NCBI RefSeq assembly: GCF_001186125.1
Contig: NW_014040072.1
Location: 1 to 37,249 of the forward strand
DNA from: Sphaeroforma arctica JP610
Taxonomy: Eukaryota
DNA: 37,249 nt
Reading direction: 5' to 3'
Each line of letters starts with the position of its first letter. Positions within the stretch are counted from its first letter, which is position 1. The notes beneath the pieces are model-generated. The model did no database searches, was not told where the DNA came from, and saw only the letters and a program-made list of their open reading frames with translations. The position numbers and the translations under genes were made by a program. Positions 13,201-26,145 of the stretch are shown here, piece after piece.

Positions 13201-15716
13201 TGCTTTTTGTCGTGTGTGTCTCAGCGTTGCGTGTGTGGCAGCTTTACACTTGTACCTACATAGAGAGCTGCTTCTATACGTATCCTGGCCTCTTCATACT
13301 CCTGAGCTGAGGGTTCCGGTGCAATTTTCCGCAAATGGTCTGTGGCTGTGTGTACTGCATTGATCGCTGATTGCCTATACACTTCCTTCAACCACGTGCA
13401 ACACTAGTATATGCGCGGCACTTTATCATCACCAGCGATTCACTACGCACACTGTAGCATTGACTACGGATTGACTACAAACCGCTGAACTTGATCATTT
13501 TGTTTCTCGTGTATATACCGCCTGCCCCTTATCGATGTATCGCTATCGCATGCTCTCTCAGCAGCTAATGGCAAATGTATTCACTCGTCGCTCTCCTCAC
13601 ATACACGTTATAACTGCTCTCCTGTCCTTGTAGATGCATCGCATAAACTGGGGTATCTGACAGGGTTTGAAGCCGATCTTATGGTGGACGCACATTGCTC
13701 AGCTGTGCTGATTCTGGGTGTGTCGCGTATCTGTGTGTCACGTGACGTATCTGTGTGTCACGTGACGTATCTGTGTGGCACGTGACGAATCTGTGTGGCG
13801 CATGACGTATCTGTGTGACCCGTGACGTATCTGTGTGGCACGTGACGTATCTGTGTTGCACGTGACGTATCTGTGTTGCACGTGACGTATCTGTGTGGCA
13901 CGTGACGAATCTGTGTGGCACATGACGTATCTATGTGGCACGTGAGTGCCTCTCCGTTCCTGTGTTTGATTGGTTGGCTCTGGCTGGTGAGCAATGTCTA
14001 GAGGATTTGTAATGAAATTGAAGAACCATGGGATTCGTCTTTTGATACTAGGATGTTTCTCAATTGCCAACTGCATGTATGTCAATTGGCCGTGTCATGC
14101 ACACATTTATATATTATATATTTACTACGTGCAGATACACATAGCTGTCGACTGGTTAGACAAGTATACTAGCGTATAGTTGTGCTTCTGCACATGCCAG
14201 CGAGTACAGATCTATGGCAGCCCGCATACCCTGTGCGCAAGTACTTAAATTTGGTTGAATTGCGTTTGGCTCAGATGACTGATCGATAGCTGTTTCGATA
14301 TATGCACACATTATTGGAAAATGTGTATGGTGGGCATGTTATGTATGACCATTTGATTTAATAGTAGAATGGTGTATCTTCTCTTTTCATGCCTGTGCTC
14401 ATGTGTCCTACAGTCAAAGGAAGTGTCGCCTATAGAGACTGCGCTACCCATACACTAGTATCGGCATCTCTACTACTCGGCATGGGAGACAAGCGTAGTA
14501 CACAGACAGAAGACAGGGTACAAGAACATACACTTCAGCATTGGAGCAGGCCAACAACGCACGCACAGGTTACAACCCTCAGCTACTCACACTGTCATTG
14601 TCAAACATGCACACTGCATTCTACACACGTTCGTACTCTCTAAATGTCACGTCCGCTATAGAGCACACACTATACAACATACCAGCTCTGGTTCTAGCAC
14701 TCAGATACTCCCACGCGCACACTGCAGGCGAACCCTTTGCCGCCAAAGGAAAGTTCGACTTCCACGGCCAGGACGTCACCCGGCGTATCAACGAGCTCAT
14801 CCCGATTATGCTGAAGCATCGCCTGACACCACCCCCACAAGGTGTGTGTGCAATGTGCACGTGCAATATATGGTGTGAGTGGTTTGTCTTGTTCGTGAGT
14901 GATTGGTGTATTGTAATGCGTGTTTTGTATAGTTTGTTGGCACGGGACTATCTCCATGCACAGTTTTAGGTGTGCGATGTGCAGCTTCGCGTGACACTCG
15001 GTCAGCATAGTGATCAATGTATTTAAAACATCGTGTATGTACTGTGTTTAACTTCAATTGAGAGTGCTCAGTGTTTCCGCTCGAATATTCTGGTTGTACC
15101 ATTTAAAATGGCGTGCGTGAGGCAACACCGTGTCAAGCGTTTACAAAACTTGGAAGCTCGTCATACCAGTGAATAAACAAATGTTTATTTTTAATAAAGT
15201 TCACTTTCTGAAGCACCGTGCTCTACTGAAAGGTGTATTATATCCCAAGTTTAACTTCGAATCCCCATGAGATCACTGATCTATCTCGCACTGGCAGGGA
15301 TTCCTGTGATATACTCAACACCACAACGCTTTTGTTGCGCGTCCTCGCTAAAGGAGCGGATGTAGCTCTCGGTTCACAATCTCCTACTTCTTGTGATTTC
15401 ATCAATCGATCGAGATGGAAGATTCGTATTCGTGTACAATGAAGTCCTTGGTGGGCGAAAGCATCCAATTGCGTGTGAACGCGTTTGTTCCCTTGTGTAT
15501 TACATTGCACATTGATATCACTTTGATAGTGCGATATACTTCGTTCCAATTTGCTGACTAATTTGTTTTCTGCTTTTTATCTCTTTATCAGAAACCTACT
15601 CGCTGCACCGTAAGCTGTCCGGGGCCTTTTTAATCTGTGCGCGGCTGAGAGCGAGTATCGATGTCTCCACTTTATTCGAAGATATATACAACCAGTACGA
15701 ATTTAGCACAACCTAA
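8909..15716 (+). CDS. COQ8: Atypical ABC1/UbiB-family kinase COQ8 (ADCK3/4-like), ubiquinone biosynthesis, 9 exons
   Basis: Exons 8909-9896, 10519-10697, 11040-11260, 11516-11690, 11917-12189, 12824-12932, 13634-13717, 14728-14841 and 15592-15716 are all GT-AG and phase-compatible. Motifs [10 protein letters not shown] (KxGQ), [56 protein letters not shown] stop. Confidence 0.95.
9950..10224. repeat. Compound (TA)n/(TG)n microsatellite in COQ8 intron 1, with an assembly gap (N at 10078-10097)
   Basis: Directly visible. Confidence 0.95.
11278..11402. repeat. ~44-bp tandem repeat, about 3 copies, in COQ8 intron 3
   Basis: Unit gtgagt(t/g)gtattgagtt(a/t)cttcttgttatctaaata(t/c)tgcg is repeated with substitutions. 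Confidence 0.85.
13726..13945. repeat. 20-bp minisatellite, about 11 copies, in COQ8 intron 7
   Basis: Unit cgtgacgtatctgtgtggca is repeated head to tail with no spacers. Confidence 0.95.
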
Positions 15717-17149
15717 CAATTAATAAATAATTGGTGTATCTGGACTCAGATTGTTTAACCTGCATTGCTTGCCAATCTGATTTACAACTACTTATGTGGA
15801 TTTCTGGTCTATTCGTCAAAAACAAATCTGCTTTTGCTAGCACCGCCCCATATAGCGGATCGGTGAATGTGAAGATGAGAGGTTAGAATCACCCGTTCAA
15901 CTCATATTCAAGTAGTATAAATGATTCGAAAAATATGATTGCAACCAAATGTCGAATCGGCCCTGTTATATCTTTGGATCGGAATGCTACATATGGCTAC
16001 CATTCTGGCGAACTACTCCGACATTGAAATTGAATTCGATCACAAAATTCATCTTCGAAAGGTATTATAGAACATGAATTCTTATTCAAATGCCGGCGAG
16101 CATATCGATGAGATCGATTACAATAATCGTTCCCCCAAACGGCAGCTCACTCTGTACGGAAATTCCAGGAATAGACATACTGGCAGAAACTTTTTGTCAT
16201 TGAGGTTCCTCAGCTTATACATATCATATTGTTTTTCATAGGTGTCTTTCATAGGTCTTTTGCACTTGACAAGCGTAAAAGTCGGAGAAAAAAAATCGAG
16301 TCAGAGTGGCACCTGAGGAGATACATTATTTAATGGCATTGAGATCGATTTTGCCGGACGACCATTGGTATCAAAAAGAGCAGATTCATTCAAACAGAGC
16401 ATCTAGTGCGACAAGTAGATTGGTCGTTCTGAAATACTAAGAAAATTTACGCTGAGAAAATCAACCCGAGGATGGTTGTTTGGTCTATTGTGGTCGTGCT
16501 TCTCATCGCCCTTGTAGTCTGTATGCAGACCTTTTATTATCGCTAGGAGAATGTATATTTACACTCGCACCATTCTCTATATTCGATTCATTTGATCATA
16601 CTGCTTGCCGCTATAGCCAATTAATCAAATTACTACAACGCATCACCGTGTTAACAGTTCATTGGCACTATGGAGTTCATAACGGATCAATTTATTGCAC
16701 TGGGACCGTGCGCCTGGTAGTGTGTGCAATAGGTGCGGGAACATTTCATCCATTACGTACCAATATAAAAGAAAATGAATTTTGATTTACTGAATATTCT
16801 GGAGCTTAGAGCAATTTAATACTATATTCCTATGCGGCACATCTAAGCTCATTGAGACAAGTGCGCCTATCAATATACTGACATTCAGTGTAAACATACT
16901 GCGAATGCAATACAGTTTTAAGTTTTCCAAGTTCAAGGCCAAGCCAAGCCAAGCCCAAACGTATCCTCTATGATATGGTCCTGTTGAGGTTGTATGACTT
17001 TAATCATCTCCATGATATATACTTATATATTCAATTTATTGATGTTTATTGATGTGTCCATTAACCACAACATGAACCACATGTATGGCCGTGCCATACA
17101 CCGGAATCGAGAGCACGTTGTACGCAAATCAAACTGAAGCATCACCCTG

Positions 17150-17470
17150 TCTTTTCGTTCCGAGTAGTGGTCAGTCCATCAATTTTTTCTGCTTTTCAGG
17201 ATCAGCTTTGAATCCTTGTGTGGTGACTTTCACATCTAGAATGTTGACCACTTTGACCGCGAAGGCACATATGTTGTTACTTCACGAACTGTCTTGCGAT
17301 GTTCTTATTCTATGAGACTTGCAATGACTGTCATCCACATACACTTGCACTCTTTGATGTTCATGAGAAAGCTTGCCATGACTCTCTAAAATTGAGATGT
17401 GAGTGTGTGTATGGCAAACGACGCTGACTTGAATGTGTGTTGCGCTCCTCTCCGCGAGAATGTGAAGAAG
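17150..17470 (-). mobile_element. Decayed Ty3/gypsy reverse transcriptase fragment, same family as the element at 23.5 kb
   Basis: Minus strand reads FTFSRRGAQHTFKSASFAIHTLTSQF*RVM..QVYVDD..CAFAVKVVNILDVKVTTQGFKADPEK (with frameshifts). Clear nucleotide similarity to 23525-23770 in inverted orientation. Confidence 0.85.
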
Positions 17471-17625
17471 TGTTGGCTTTTTTCATCTTAACTCAACTCT
17501 CGGGAGTAAGTTAAGCAACTTGATTAGCTATCGGGAGTGATCCTAATCTAATGATTTCTAGAATTTAAAGAGGGCTTCTTGCTGTAAATCTGGTCTGAGA
17601 CCTATAGTCTCTTACTCCCCCTCAA
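17471..17625 (-). repeat. Candidate 3' LTR plus polypurine tract of the copia element
   Basis: On the minus strand, TTGAGGGGGAG (PPT-like, 17625-17615) precedes a ~144-bp segment ending CCAACA at 17471. 17490-17530 matches 23484-23525 at the other end of the element. Confidence 0.5.
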
Positions 17626-19947
17626 TTTTACAGTCAGAGTTGGAGTCTGTAGTGTGGGCTGTGAAGACTGAAATTTTGAAACAAGTCTGTTTTTCTCTCG
17701 TTGGTTGTAGCTTGAAGGCTGAAGAGTGAAGACAGAAGGAGTGAACCTCTAAAATATCAAATTGTTTGTAGGTATTTGTAGGTTTGGCGATCCTCTGTAC
17801 AGTGACAGGCTGACAGGCATCGCGATTTTGCACGGGAGGGAATTCTCGAGGTTTTGACTACAGAGTCAGTACATACTGTTAGTAATTTCGGATGCTTGGT
17901 GTAAGCTCCTTTCTGCGTCGCGGTTTTCATATTTGACTTTGGGGTGAGGCCTGAGACTGGGACTGAGAGGCTGTGACTGCCCTTAGGGTCTGGGAATGCG
18001 AGGCTCTTATGTTGCGGTCCGGCTTCCTATTCTTACCGTGGATACGGTAAAAACAGGATAAATTTTTGATCGAATCGACCAACGAAGTACTCAATTAAGG
18101 ACAATAAGTCAGGCTGCATGGTACTAAAAAAATAGTTTACGTTTAGTACTCGCAAGTACAAAGTGAGTGGGGGGTGGGGAAGGGGTTGTCATAGAACACG
18201 ATAGGGATATATATATATATTTCACGAGTAAATACTTGGGTGTCTATCGACAGAAACAAGTATGTAAACAGATACATAGATATACATATTGAGTGTACGA
18301 GTGTACATTGTTTATAATTTTATTAATACATATAATACGCAGTCATAAATAGAAAATCAAAGCATTTGGCACCTGCTTACCTTAAAGTACTTACCTTTAT
18401 TATGCATTGAACCAAGTTGATACTGGCATCCGAGTCATTAGTCGGTCGCGTGTATCGGTGAACTTTTCTTGGCTGAGAGGCTTCGTGAAAATTTCGCTGA
18501 GTAGCTGCTCTGATGGTATTTTTCTTTTACCTTGATGGTGTTGTTCGCTGTGAGTCCTCTGATGTGGCGATATCATAGGTCGAAATGTTTGGTACGGCGG
18601 GATTTCGTGATACCATTTCCCATTAGGTTCTGTTTTATGGTGGTAGGTTCGACGAGCGGATTGTCGAATTCCGTGAAGAGTTTCTTAGCCCGTACTGCGT
18701 CTTTAACAGTACCAGACTGTGCGACGTTTTTTGCCTCTGCTGTAGAAGTTGATACTAGCCGTTGCAAATATGTTCCCCGCATAAACGGTGCGGCTGCTAT
18801 AATGCCCTCCCGCCCGGTGGTGGATCGTCTTGTTGTGTCATTGCTAGCGAAGCAACTATATGCACTCAGATAAGGAATATATCTTTGTTTGTGTATTCGA
18901 GACCGAAGTCTTGAGTACCAGCGAGATACTTCAAACAGCGCTTGGCACCTCTGACGTGGTGGTACTGTGGTGCTGACAGATAGCGACTTAGGATCAAAAC
19001 AGCAAAGCATATTACAACTCGTGTTTGATCTGCAAGGTATCGTAGCTGACCCACTAGCTTGTTGTATTGTGTGATTGTTGAGACGTCTGAGCTTGCCGCT
19101 TTTTCTGGGATATATGCGTGTTTGTCTGTTACTTTATAGTCCAACTATAGAATTGGCACCCATGCTGGTTTACAGTCTATTAATCCCCATTGTGTCCTGC
19201 AATATTTCTCTTCTGTGTTGTCGTTGATGAAGACATACTCTTCCGGAGTGTATTCCACTTCGCACCTGAGAAACCAAAAAGTATGGCCATATCGAAAGAG
19301 TTCTATTTGTCTTTCATTGCGTCAGCTAGTTTCTGCCCGTCAGTCTTACTCTGGTGTGCCACAAGCTGGTCGTCTATGTGTACAAAAATGAAACAAACTC
19401 CACTGTGTGTTTGTTTGTTAAACAGTGCTCCATTCGATTGTGCTTGTCTATAATCGTGGTATATAGCAAACCGAAGAATAGAGCGCCCGTTACGTGGTAA
19501 ACCGTATACGCAACGGTCAACTTGACATTTGACTTTTGTGTCTCCTTGTTTGTGCCTTTCATATAATTGTCTGTCAAGTAATTGTTTAATGAGATCACTC
19601 GCATGTAGCTAGGGGTATCCAATTCTTGAGCGAGGTAGGCCAAAGCTGTATCGTATTTTCGAATGTTCATGTCGTAGTGTGTCATGAGAGCTAGGCACCT
19701 GAGTGGTTCCTTGACTACTACTGGGGCATAGCTTTATCGTAATCGATTCCCTGTTTTACGTTCAATGCTGCTACGTTCAGACGTGATTTAAGTCGTGTGA
19801 CTTTCTTGATTCATCCGAGGTGGGATAGTGATTTTTGCACTGTATCACCAATCTCCCCATCTCCGAACGTGCTGACTCTTCCCAATCAGTTGCGTTTGGA
19901 ATCTCATATATACCTTTGAATGTTTTCGGTTCCATTGCTGAAGTTGC

Positions 19948-20541
19948 TGAGATAACAGTGTGCGTAGTGCTACGAGATCGTCTCTTACGGCGGCTACCGT
20001 GATACCAGTTGACATTATTGTCATTCATCGCAAGGTCTTGCAGTCCTCGAGAGACTTGGCGACCTTCTGCCGTTCTTCTAGCTATAATTGCTTCGCTGCG
20101 GGAGCCTCCGACGCACTATTATGAACTGCGCTCTCAACGGGTTGTTGTGTTGACGATGAAGTTGTTTGTAGTTGTTCTGAGCTGCTCGGCTTTTGCATCA
20201 CAGTTGGCTGGGCTCGTTGGCTAAGCATATATCTCTCTGTCGATGAGATAACAGTGTGCGTAGTCTAGGAGATCGACTCTTTCGGTGTCTGTCATGATGA
20301 TACCAGTCGACATTATTGTCACTCATCGCAAGGTTTCGCAGTTCTCGAGAGACTTGACGATCTTTTGCTATTCTTTTAACTATAATTGCTTCACTGCGGG
20401 AGCCTCCGACTCACCGATATGAGCTTCGCTCTCAACAAGTTGTTGTGTTGACGATGAAATTATTTGTAGTTGTTCTGTGCTGCTCGACTTTTGCATCACA
20501 GTTGACTGCGCTCGTTGGCTAAGCATGTCTTTCGTTGTCGA
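19948..20541. repeat. Diverged ~296-bp tandem duplication in the copia INT-RT linker
   Basis: 19948-20243 aligns with 20244-20541; both begin tgagataacagtgtgcgtagt and contain ctcgttggctaagcat near their ends. Confidence 0.9.
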
Positions 20542-21951
20542 TATTTTGTCCTTGCGTCTGTTTGGAAATCGCCATTTTTAATTTGGAGGAATGTACTGCT
20601 GTTCGTAGTGTCTGGTGGTCCGATAGCGGTTGTACATTTATCGCTTTCCCAGACAAAGAATTCGTCTTCGAATATATAGACATCTCGGCTTTGTCTTATA
20701 CACTTGTTCAGAGGTGAGTATATACGATACGAGTCCGGTGTTGTGTCCAAAGGTTGCGCAAGAAGAATGCCATTCAGTGCTCTATCGTCAAGTTTGCGGT
20801 CTGGATCACGGTTCTTGATGCGATGCGATATTCGAATGTTTTCATCATATCTATCGGAAATGCGTATTTTGTAAATTACTCGTATAGGGATAAGCTCTTC
20901 TCGTTGGTGGGTATAGCATTGTATATGTTGGTGGTTTAAATCAGTAATTCAGCCCACCTAGTAGTCGATAGACGTGCGTATTTCAGTTGTGCAAGTATTC
21001 TAGGGACCAGTGTACCATGCCTTTTCTCTACTTTGCCATGATATTGTGGCGTGGCCGTAGGTACGTACCTTGAGCATTATCTCAAATACGCAAGCATGCG
21101 CCTAGTTACGTTTGCTGTAAACTGTGAGCCTCGATCTATTTGTATGCACCGAACTCGGCTACGAGTTAAAATATACCATTCATCGAATGTGTAACATAGC
21201 GTCAAGAATTATTGTAGCTTTCAGACCGCGGATCGGATAACCTTTGGTCATGCTAGAAAAGTCGTCTATGATTGATACAGAGTGGATGTTGGATCCTATT
21301 GACGTTGCGAACGGGCCTATTATGTCCACGAAGACTAACTCGAGAGGCTCGGTAGCAGGTTCGTGCTGTCGTTCTTTGTTTGTGTTCTTCTTCTTCTTCT
21401 TAGCAATAGTGTATGCTTTGCATCGTTCCTCTGGTTGCCTTATGTAGGGCAAATCTTTTGGGACGTAGCTGGGGTGCGCAAGCTTGTTGTGCCATGAAAT
21501 CTGGTTGGCTTTCTCCAGCGATGGTTCCACTGTAGTCATAGCTATGTCGTCGATGTGCACACAGTATCTTATGTGCTTTTCACGTACTGTTATGGTTCCA
21601 AAGCTTGGTAGCAATATGTATATCATATTGTTGGTGAATTTAAATGAGCAGTGGCATGCTGCGAGCAGGCTGATACTTTTAGTAGTGCAGTTGTGAATGT
21701 CATATTGATGAATACGTCCCCCAGATTTTCTAGCTGAGTTACAAACTTCGGACAAATGATTGTACCATCAGCTACTTCGAGCGCATACCGGTCATTAATG
21801 CACATGTTGCGGACGAGATGATGCTTGTGGTACAAATATGGAAGTACATGTATGGTGGCGCAAGTATCACAAGCTAGTCAGTACCCACCTCTTGAATCTA
21901 TGTTTAACTGATCGTTCACATCCTTGTTGTCGATTCTAGGGTTAATTGCGG

Positions 21952-21995
21952 AGAATGCAATCTGTCCGTTAGTAGAATGCAATCTGTCCGTTAGT
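21952..21995. repeat. Perfect 22-bp tandem duplication
   Basis: agaatgcaatctgtccgttagt x2. Confidence 0.9.
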
Positions 21996-23420
21996 AGGTA
22001 GCCATCGGACACTTGCGCTGACATTGCTTTGCCCTGTCTGCCTTCATGTTCTTGGCGTCGATTGCTCTGGGATCGGTATTTTTTGTCACTGTCTTGTGAA
22101 CGTCGTGTATACTGGGGATATCTACCATCAGTGCAGTCGCGTCGATTGGATTCATCTACTCGGTAGTCCTGTCGGTCATGATCATCGTGGTTATCATAGC
22201 GGGATTGGTAGGAGTTGTTTCTGTTGTATCGCTATTTACATGTATAGCCACGATCTGAATCAGGTCGGCTATGCTTGCCATTATTCTTGGACATCCATCT
22301 GTAGTCTCTCATGTCGTGACGAGGAACAAAATTGTCAATCCTTCGATCGTAAAGTTTGCGACCGTCATGGTCACGACCCTGATTACGTGTTTTACCAGTG
22401 GTACACGATTTGATTATTGCTTGTAGCTTGCGGTATTGCCCGATAGAATGTCTACGATTGTTGCAAAATGCACCATTTCCTTTCGATATAGCTGCATGTG
22501 CAGCGTGCACAATGGTAGATGGGTCACTTTCGTCGGAATCTAATACGATGAGATACGTGGTGAGCTCATCATACGGCATTGTCATCATAGTGGGTGTTTC
22601 AAACGTGATCTTAACAGTCTGATTATTACCGTTTACAGCCTGTCATAGGATAGCGCATAGGTTGTTATTGGTCTTCGAACCTCCGGCGTTCTTGAATTTT
22701 ACAAATGACATGTTGAGATGACTGATAAGACTGGCATAAGATTCGTTCCGTTCTTGTGTGATGCGGTTCATTTTTCCTTCTAATGTCGGGATATCATCTT
22801 CGGTCAGGGCTTCGAACTTTCGTTTCAGTGCGGCGAAAGCTTCCCACGGCTTATCAATGAATTGGCTGATCTCAGTCTGTAGTAGTGGGGATAAGGTGCG
22901 GTTGACAATTGTCTCAGTTATATCCTTGTGTGTTTTTACCCCTCTAAACCGTAAAACCTTAAAGCCCTGCCTCTAGACGGGCTCGGATAGGTCAATATTG
23001 TTGGTATTCTTTCACAATTCACGGATAGGATGGTCTGAGTTTTCTAACGACCTTCCTTCCGAGAATAGTGGTGTTCTTACTATCCTTAGAGTTCTCAGTA
23101 GGCATATTGATAGCGCAAGATCAGAGTAACCTGATAAGTTGTTAAAGTGTAATGTAGTAGACATTGAATAAAGTAAAATGCATGTATTTATTTCTGACCT
23201 CACCTTTAGTTTTATACCTAAGGTATTTGTGTAAGTGTTCAGCCTCTTTGGCTGGCACGGGCGAAAACTCATATTGTCAGTATGAGGAATCTTCTCCATA
23301 ACACTTAACACTTCGATGCTATTCTATTTCGACTTCTCTGTAACTAAATCTCACGCTGATCACATGATGTCTTCCCGTATCGTAAAGACGCAGCTATTTT
23401 TATAATATAGCGGTTGACAA

Positions 23421-23525
23421 ACTTAATCAACGCTCGAGAGTCGGTTGAGAAACTCAACCAGCACTCGGGAGTCGGGTATGTATTAACGCAACTTTCGGGA
23501 GCGAGTTAAGCCACTTGATTAACTA
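23421..23525. repeat. About 3.5 diverged copies of a ~31-bp imperfect palindrome; candidate remnant of the copia 5' LTR
   Basis: acttaatcaacgctcgagagtcggttgaga / actcaaccagcactcgggagtcgggtatgt / attaacgcaactttcgggagcgagttaagcc / acttgattaacta. Confidence 0.7.
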
Positions 23526-24409
23526 AAGAAGTGCAAGTGTGTGTGGATGACAGTCATTGCAAGTCTCAAAGAAGGAAAACAGGGCAAGACAGTACGTAAA
23601 GTATCTAAACGGTTGAATGGAGCAAACTTCCGACTCAACCACAACAAATGTGCCTTCACGGTCAAAGTGGACAACATTCTAGGGGTGGGAGTCGCCACAC
23701 AAGGACTCAAAGCTGATCCCGAAAAACAGAAAATAATGATGGACTGGCAACTACCCAGAACAAAAAGAGATCTGCAAAGAGCGGGGGAACTCTCAAACTA
23801 TACGCGTGGCCATGTCCCCAACTTATGCTCACACAACTAAACACTTCTGCAACCTAATGAAAGGTGAAAGGAACCAAAACATATCTATGTTATGAACACC
23901 GGAATTTAATAAGAAGTGGGAAGAACTCAAAGAAACCATCGTGTATTCGGCGACACTAGCATACCCAGTTGATGGGGTGTCGTCTCAAATCATGAACGAT
24001 GCTAGTGACAACGGCATATGATCTTTATTCCAGATCATAGATGGTGTCAGAAAATATATTCTCTACTTCTCTAAAGGCCTGAACCCAGCCCAAGAATGCT
24101 ATGGCACACACACTAACGAACTACTAGCACTGGTATACAGTCTGGAACAATACGCCGAATACATCAAACGAGTGGACATAACACTATGGAGAGATCATAA
24201 AGCGCTCACGCAAATGAACATTACAAAATATCCCACCGCCATTCCTCCATCATCCATGTCCCATGCAGGGACAACCATATGATAGGAATGACACATTCAA
24301 TACCAAAACGTCGGAGGTATTAAAAGACGCGAACAAAATAACACACAATAGTCAAGAGTACACCGCCTTGGAAACAAGCATGCCCTTAATCATATCAGCT
24401 ATATAATGA

Positions 24410-24800
24410 ATGCTACACGCCAGATCCTACAAAGAAGCTAAAAGGCGGCTTGTAAAATTCACAGTAGAACTATTTGCATCTGCACAAAATGCCCACACAG
24501 ATGAATACTACACAAAGGAACCGAATGCGCTCCTACAGAAGTGGGTGCAGGAAGTAAATGTATGGGCAACCCCGCCGTGGGAACTCATGCCGGATGTCTT
24601 CGACAACGTCATTGAAGAGGCAACCAGCATCACGATTTGTGTTCCATATTACCCAAATACAACGTGGATTCCTAAACTCCTATCTTAGCTAGAAGAAACC
24701 CCGATGCTGGTGGAAACCACGAACAACACGTTCCATAAAGAAGACTCGAAAGCATGTGGCGAGACCTCATGGGGTGTCACATTGGTAGCAAATGTAAGAG
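24410..24800 (+). pseudogene. DIRS/Dam-like N6-adenine DNA methyltransferase domain inside the gypsy pol
   Basis: FTVELFASAQNAH (cf. DLFAS..N), NALLQKW (cf. DA...W), VWATPPWELMP (cf. NPPW/FPP), ICVPYYPNTTWIPKL (cf. P.W....W.p.L). One in-frame TAG at 24686. Confidence 0.8.
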
Positions 24801-25989
24801 CTATATCTCCTTACTTTGACACAAGACGGGTACAACCCGACATACACGTCTCAGCATCACAAGCAGTAAACACTAGGGATAAATCGAATGAGACCTAATA
24901 CAAGTCACGCGTCCACGCGATCGAGCAATACCACAATCTGGGACAATACACAGCAGATGAAACGGTAAACAAATTGCTAGCAGATAGACACGATTAGCCA
25001 CAAATCCAAAAAAAAAAAAAAAATTTTGTACACAGATACGTTGAAGAATGAGTACTGTGTCTTAAAATAAAATACACAGAAAGTAATTTTATCCCTTACG
25101 ATCAATCACATCCGCATTCCAAGGCGACATAGTACAAGTGAACACCATAGGCCCACTATTGAACTCTAACAGAGGTCACACATATGTGTTAGTGTGGCTA
25201 GATGTAAACTCATCATATGTCATACTCAGACCAATGATGGACAAATCAACAGCACCTGTAGTAAGAACACTGGTACCAATAATGTGTGAACATGAGTTCC
25301 CACAAATTATACAGACAGAACAAGACACTGGACATTTCAATGATATACTCTCAAAAGTCATTAAACAAGCGCTGACACTGCACCTAGTCTCTCGCCCGTA
25401 ACAACCTTAAGTCTTGGGAGCAAACGAGCGATCACATAGAGACCTCTTACCGTTGTTAAGAAAATCTGTTAACTGAGTGTTCTCGACTTCCGTTTCTACA
25501 ACTGGGTCACAGCCTGTGCTGATCAAAACAACATAAATCACCTATAATTAATGTGTACTATGGATGCAGAAAAAACCAACTCGCTGACTACAGCACAGCA
25601 GTGAACGCACCCAGTACAACAGTATCCTGGGAACAGCGACTACAGAATCTAGAACAGGCCACTAGGCCATAACTAGACTAGTGCTGCGCAATATCAAGTG
25701 ATGTGCGCAGCATACGACCGAAAAGAACAATAGAAGTATGTACACCTCCAGGAAGGGGACATTGTCATTGTCCTCTATCAACAAGGTGAAATGAACAAGA
25801 AGACAGCACTCTATGGCGGGCCATAAAAAAATAGTATGCAGGAAGGTCAACGGGTATTTTGTTGGTAACCTAGATGGGACTAAATCCTCGGAAAAATCTA
25901 ACTCGGTAAGTGATAAGCTAATTGGACTCGTAAAAATGGCCAATGATCCAAAAACATGTACTTCCAACAGTCACGTACAACCAACCGAG

Positions 25990-26145
25990 GACTCAGTTAT
26001 CCTCAATACTCGACCACAGGCCGTCCATCCGAGGTGATGGATCCCAGGGGTACTTACTGCAATGGACAGATGGAGAGCGTACCTGGACGCATGAATCAGA
26101 CATCGCAGATGCTGATGTTCTTACACTATACCGTCAACGCACTCG
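25990..26145 (+). pseudogene. Chromodomain at the integrase C-terminus
   Basis: SILDHR...GYLLQWTDGERTWTHESDI..DVLTLY fits the chromodomain pattern Il.hr..YlvkW.g..tWe...l..Y. Confidence 0.8.

Larger units (their letters stand above)
17471..23525 (-). mobile_element. Decayed Ty1/copia LTR retrotransposon (gag-PR-INT-RT-RH); coding part about 23164 to 18400
   Basis: Gag-like KPWEAFAALKRKF and a degenerate Zn knuckle; protease-like DTCATIH (~21850-21870); WHNKLAHPS and EPLELVFVDIIGPF integrase; EPKTF..W..S..SE and YNKLVGQLRYLADQTR RT; RTKHFDL..EIFTKPL RNase H. INT-before-RT order is diagnostic of copia. Many stops and frameshifts. Confidence 0.9.

Noticed and set aside
13726..13945. CRISPR-like array
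   Set aside because: Units are contiguous with no unique spacers, lie in a eukaryotic intron, and no cas genes are present. Overlapping ORFs are repeat artefacts.
15900..16800. Possible coding remnant downstream of COQ8
   Set aside because: Short frames with no motif I can recognise.
18169..18435. Plus-strand PPT-LTR-PBS (G-tract, TGTCA..., TGGCATCCGAG)
   Set aside because: The PBS-like 11-mer is the antisense of the copia RNase H C-terminal codons, and no second copy of the putative LTR is seen.
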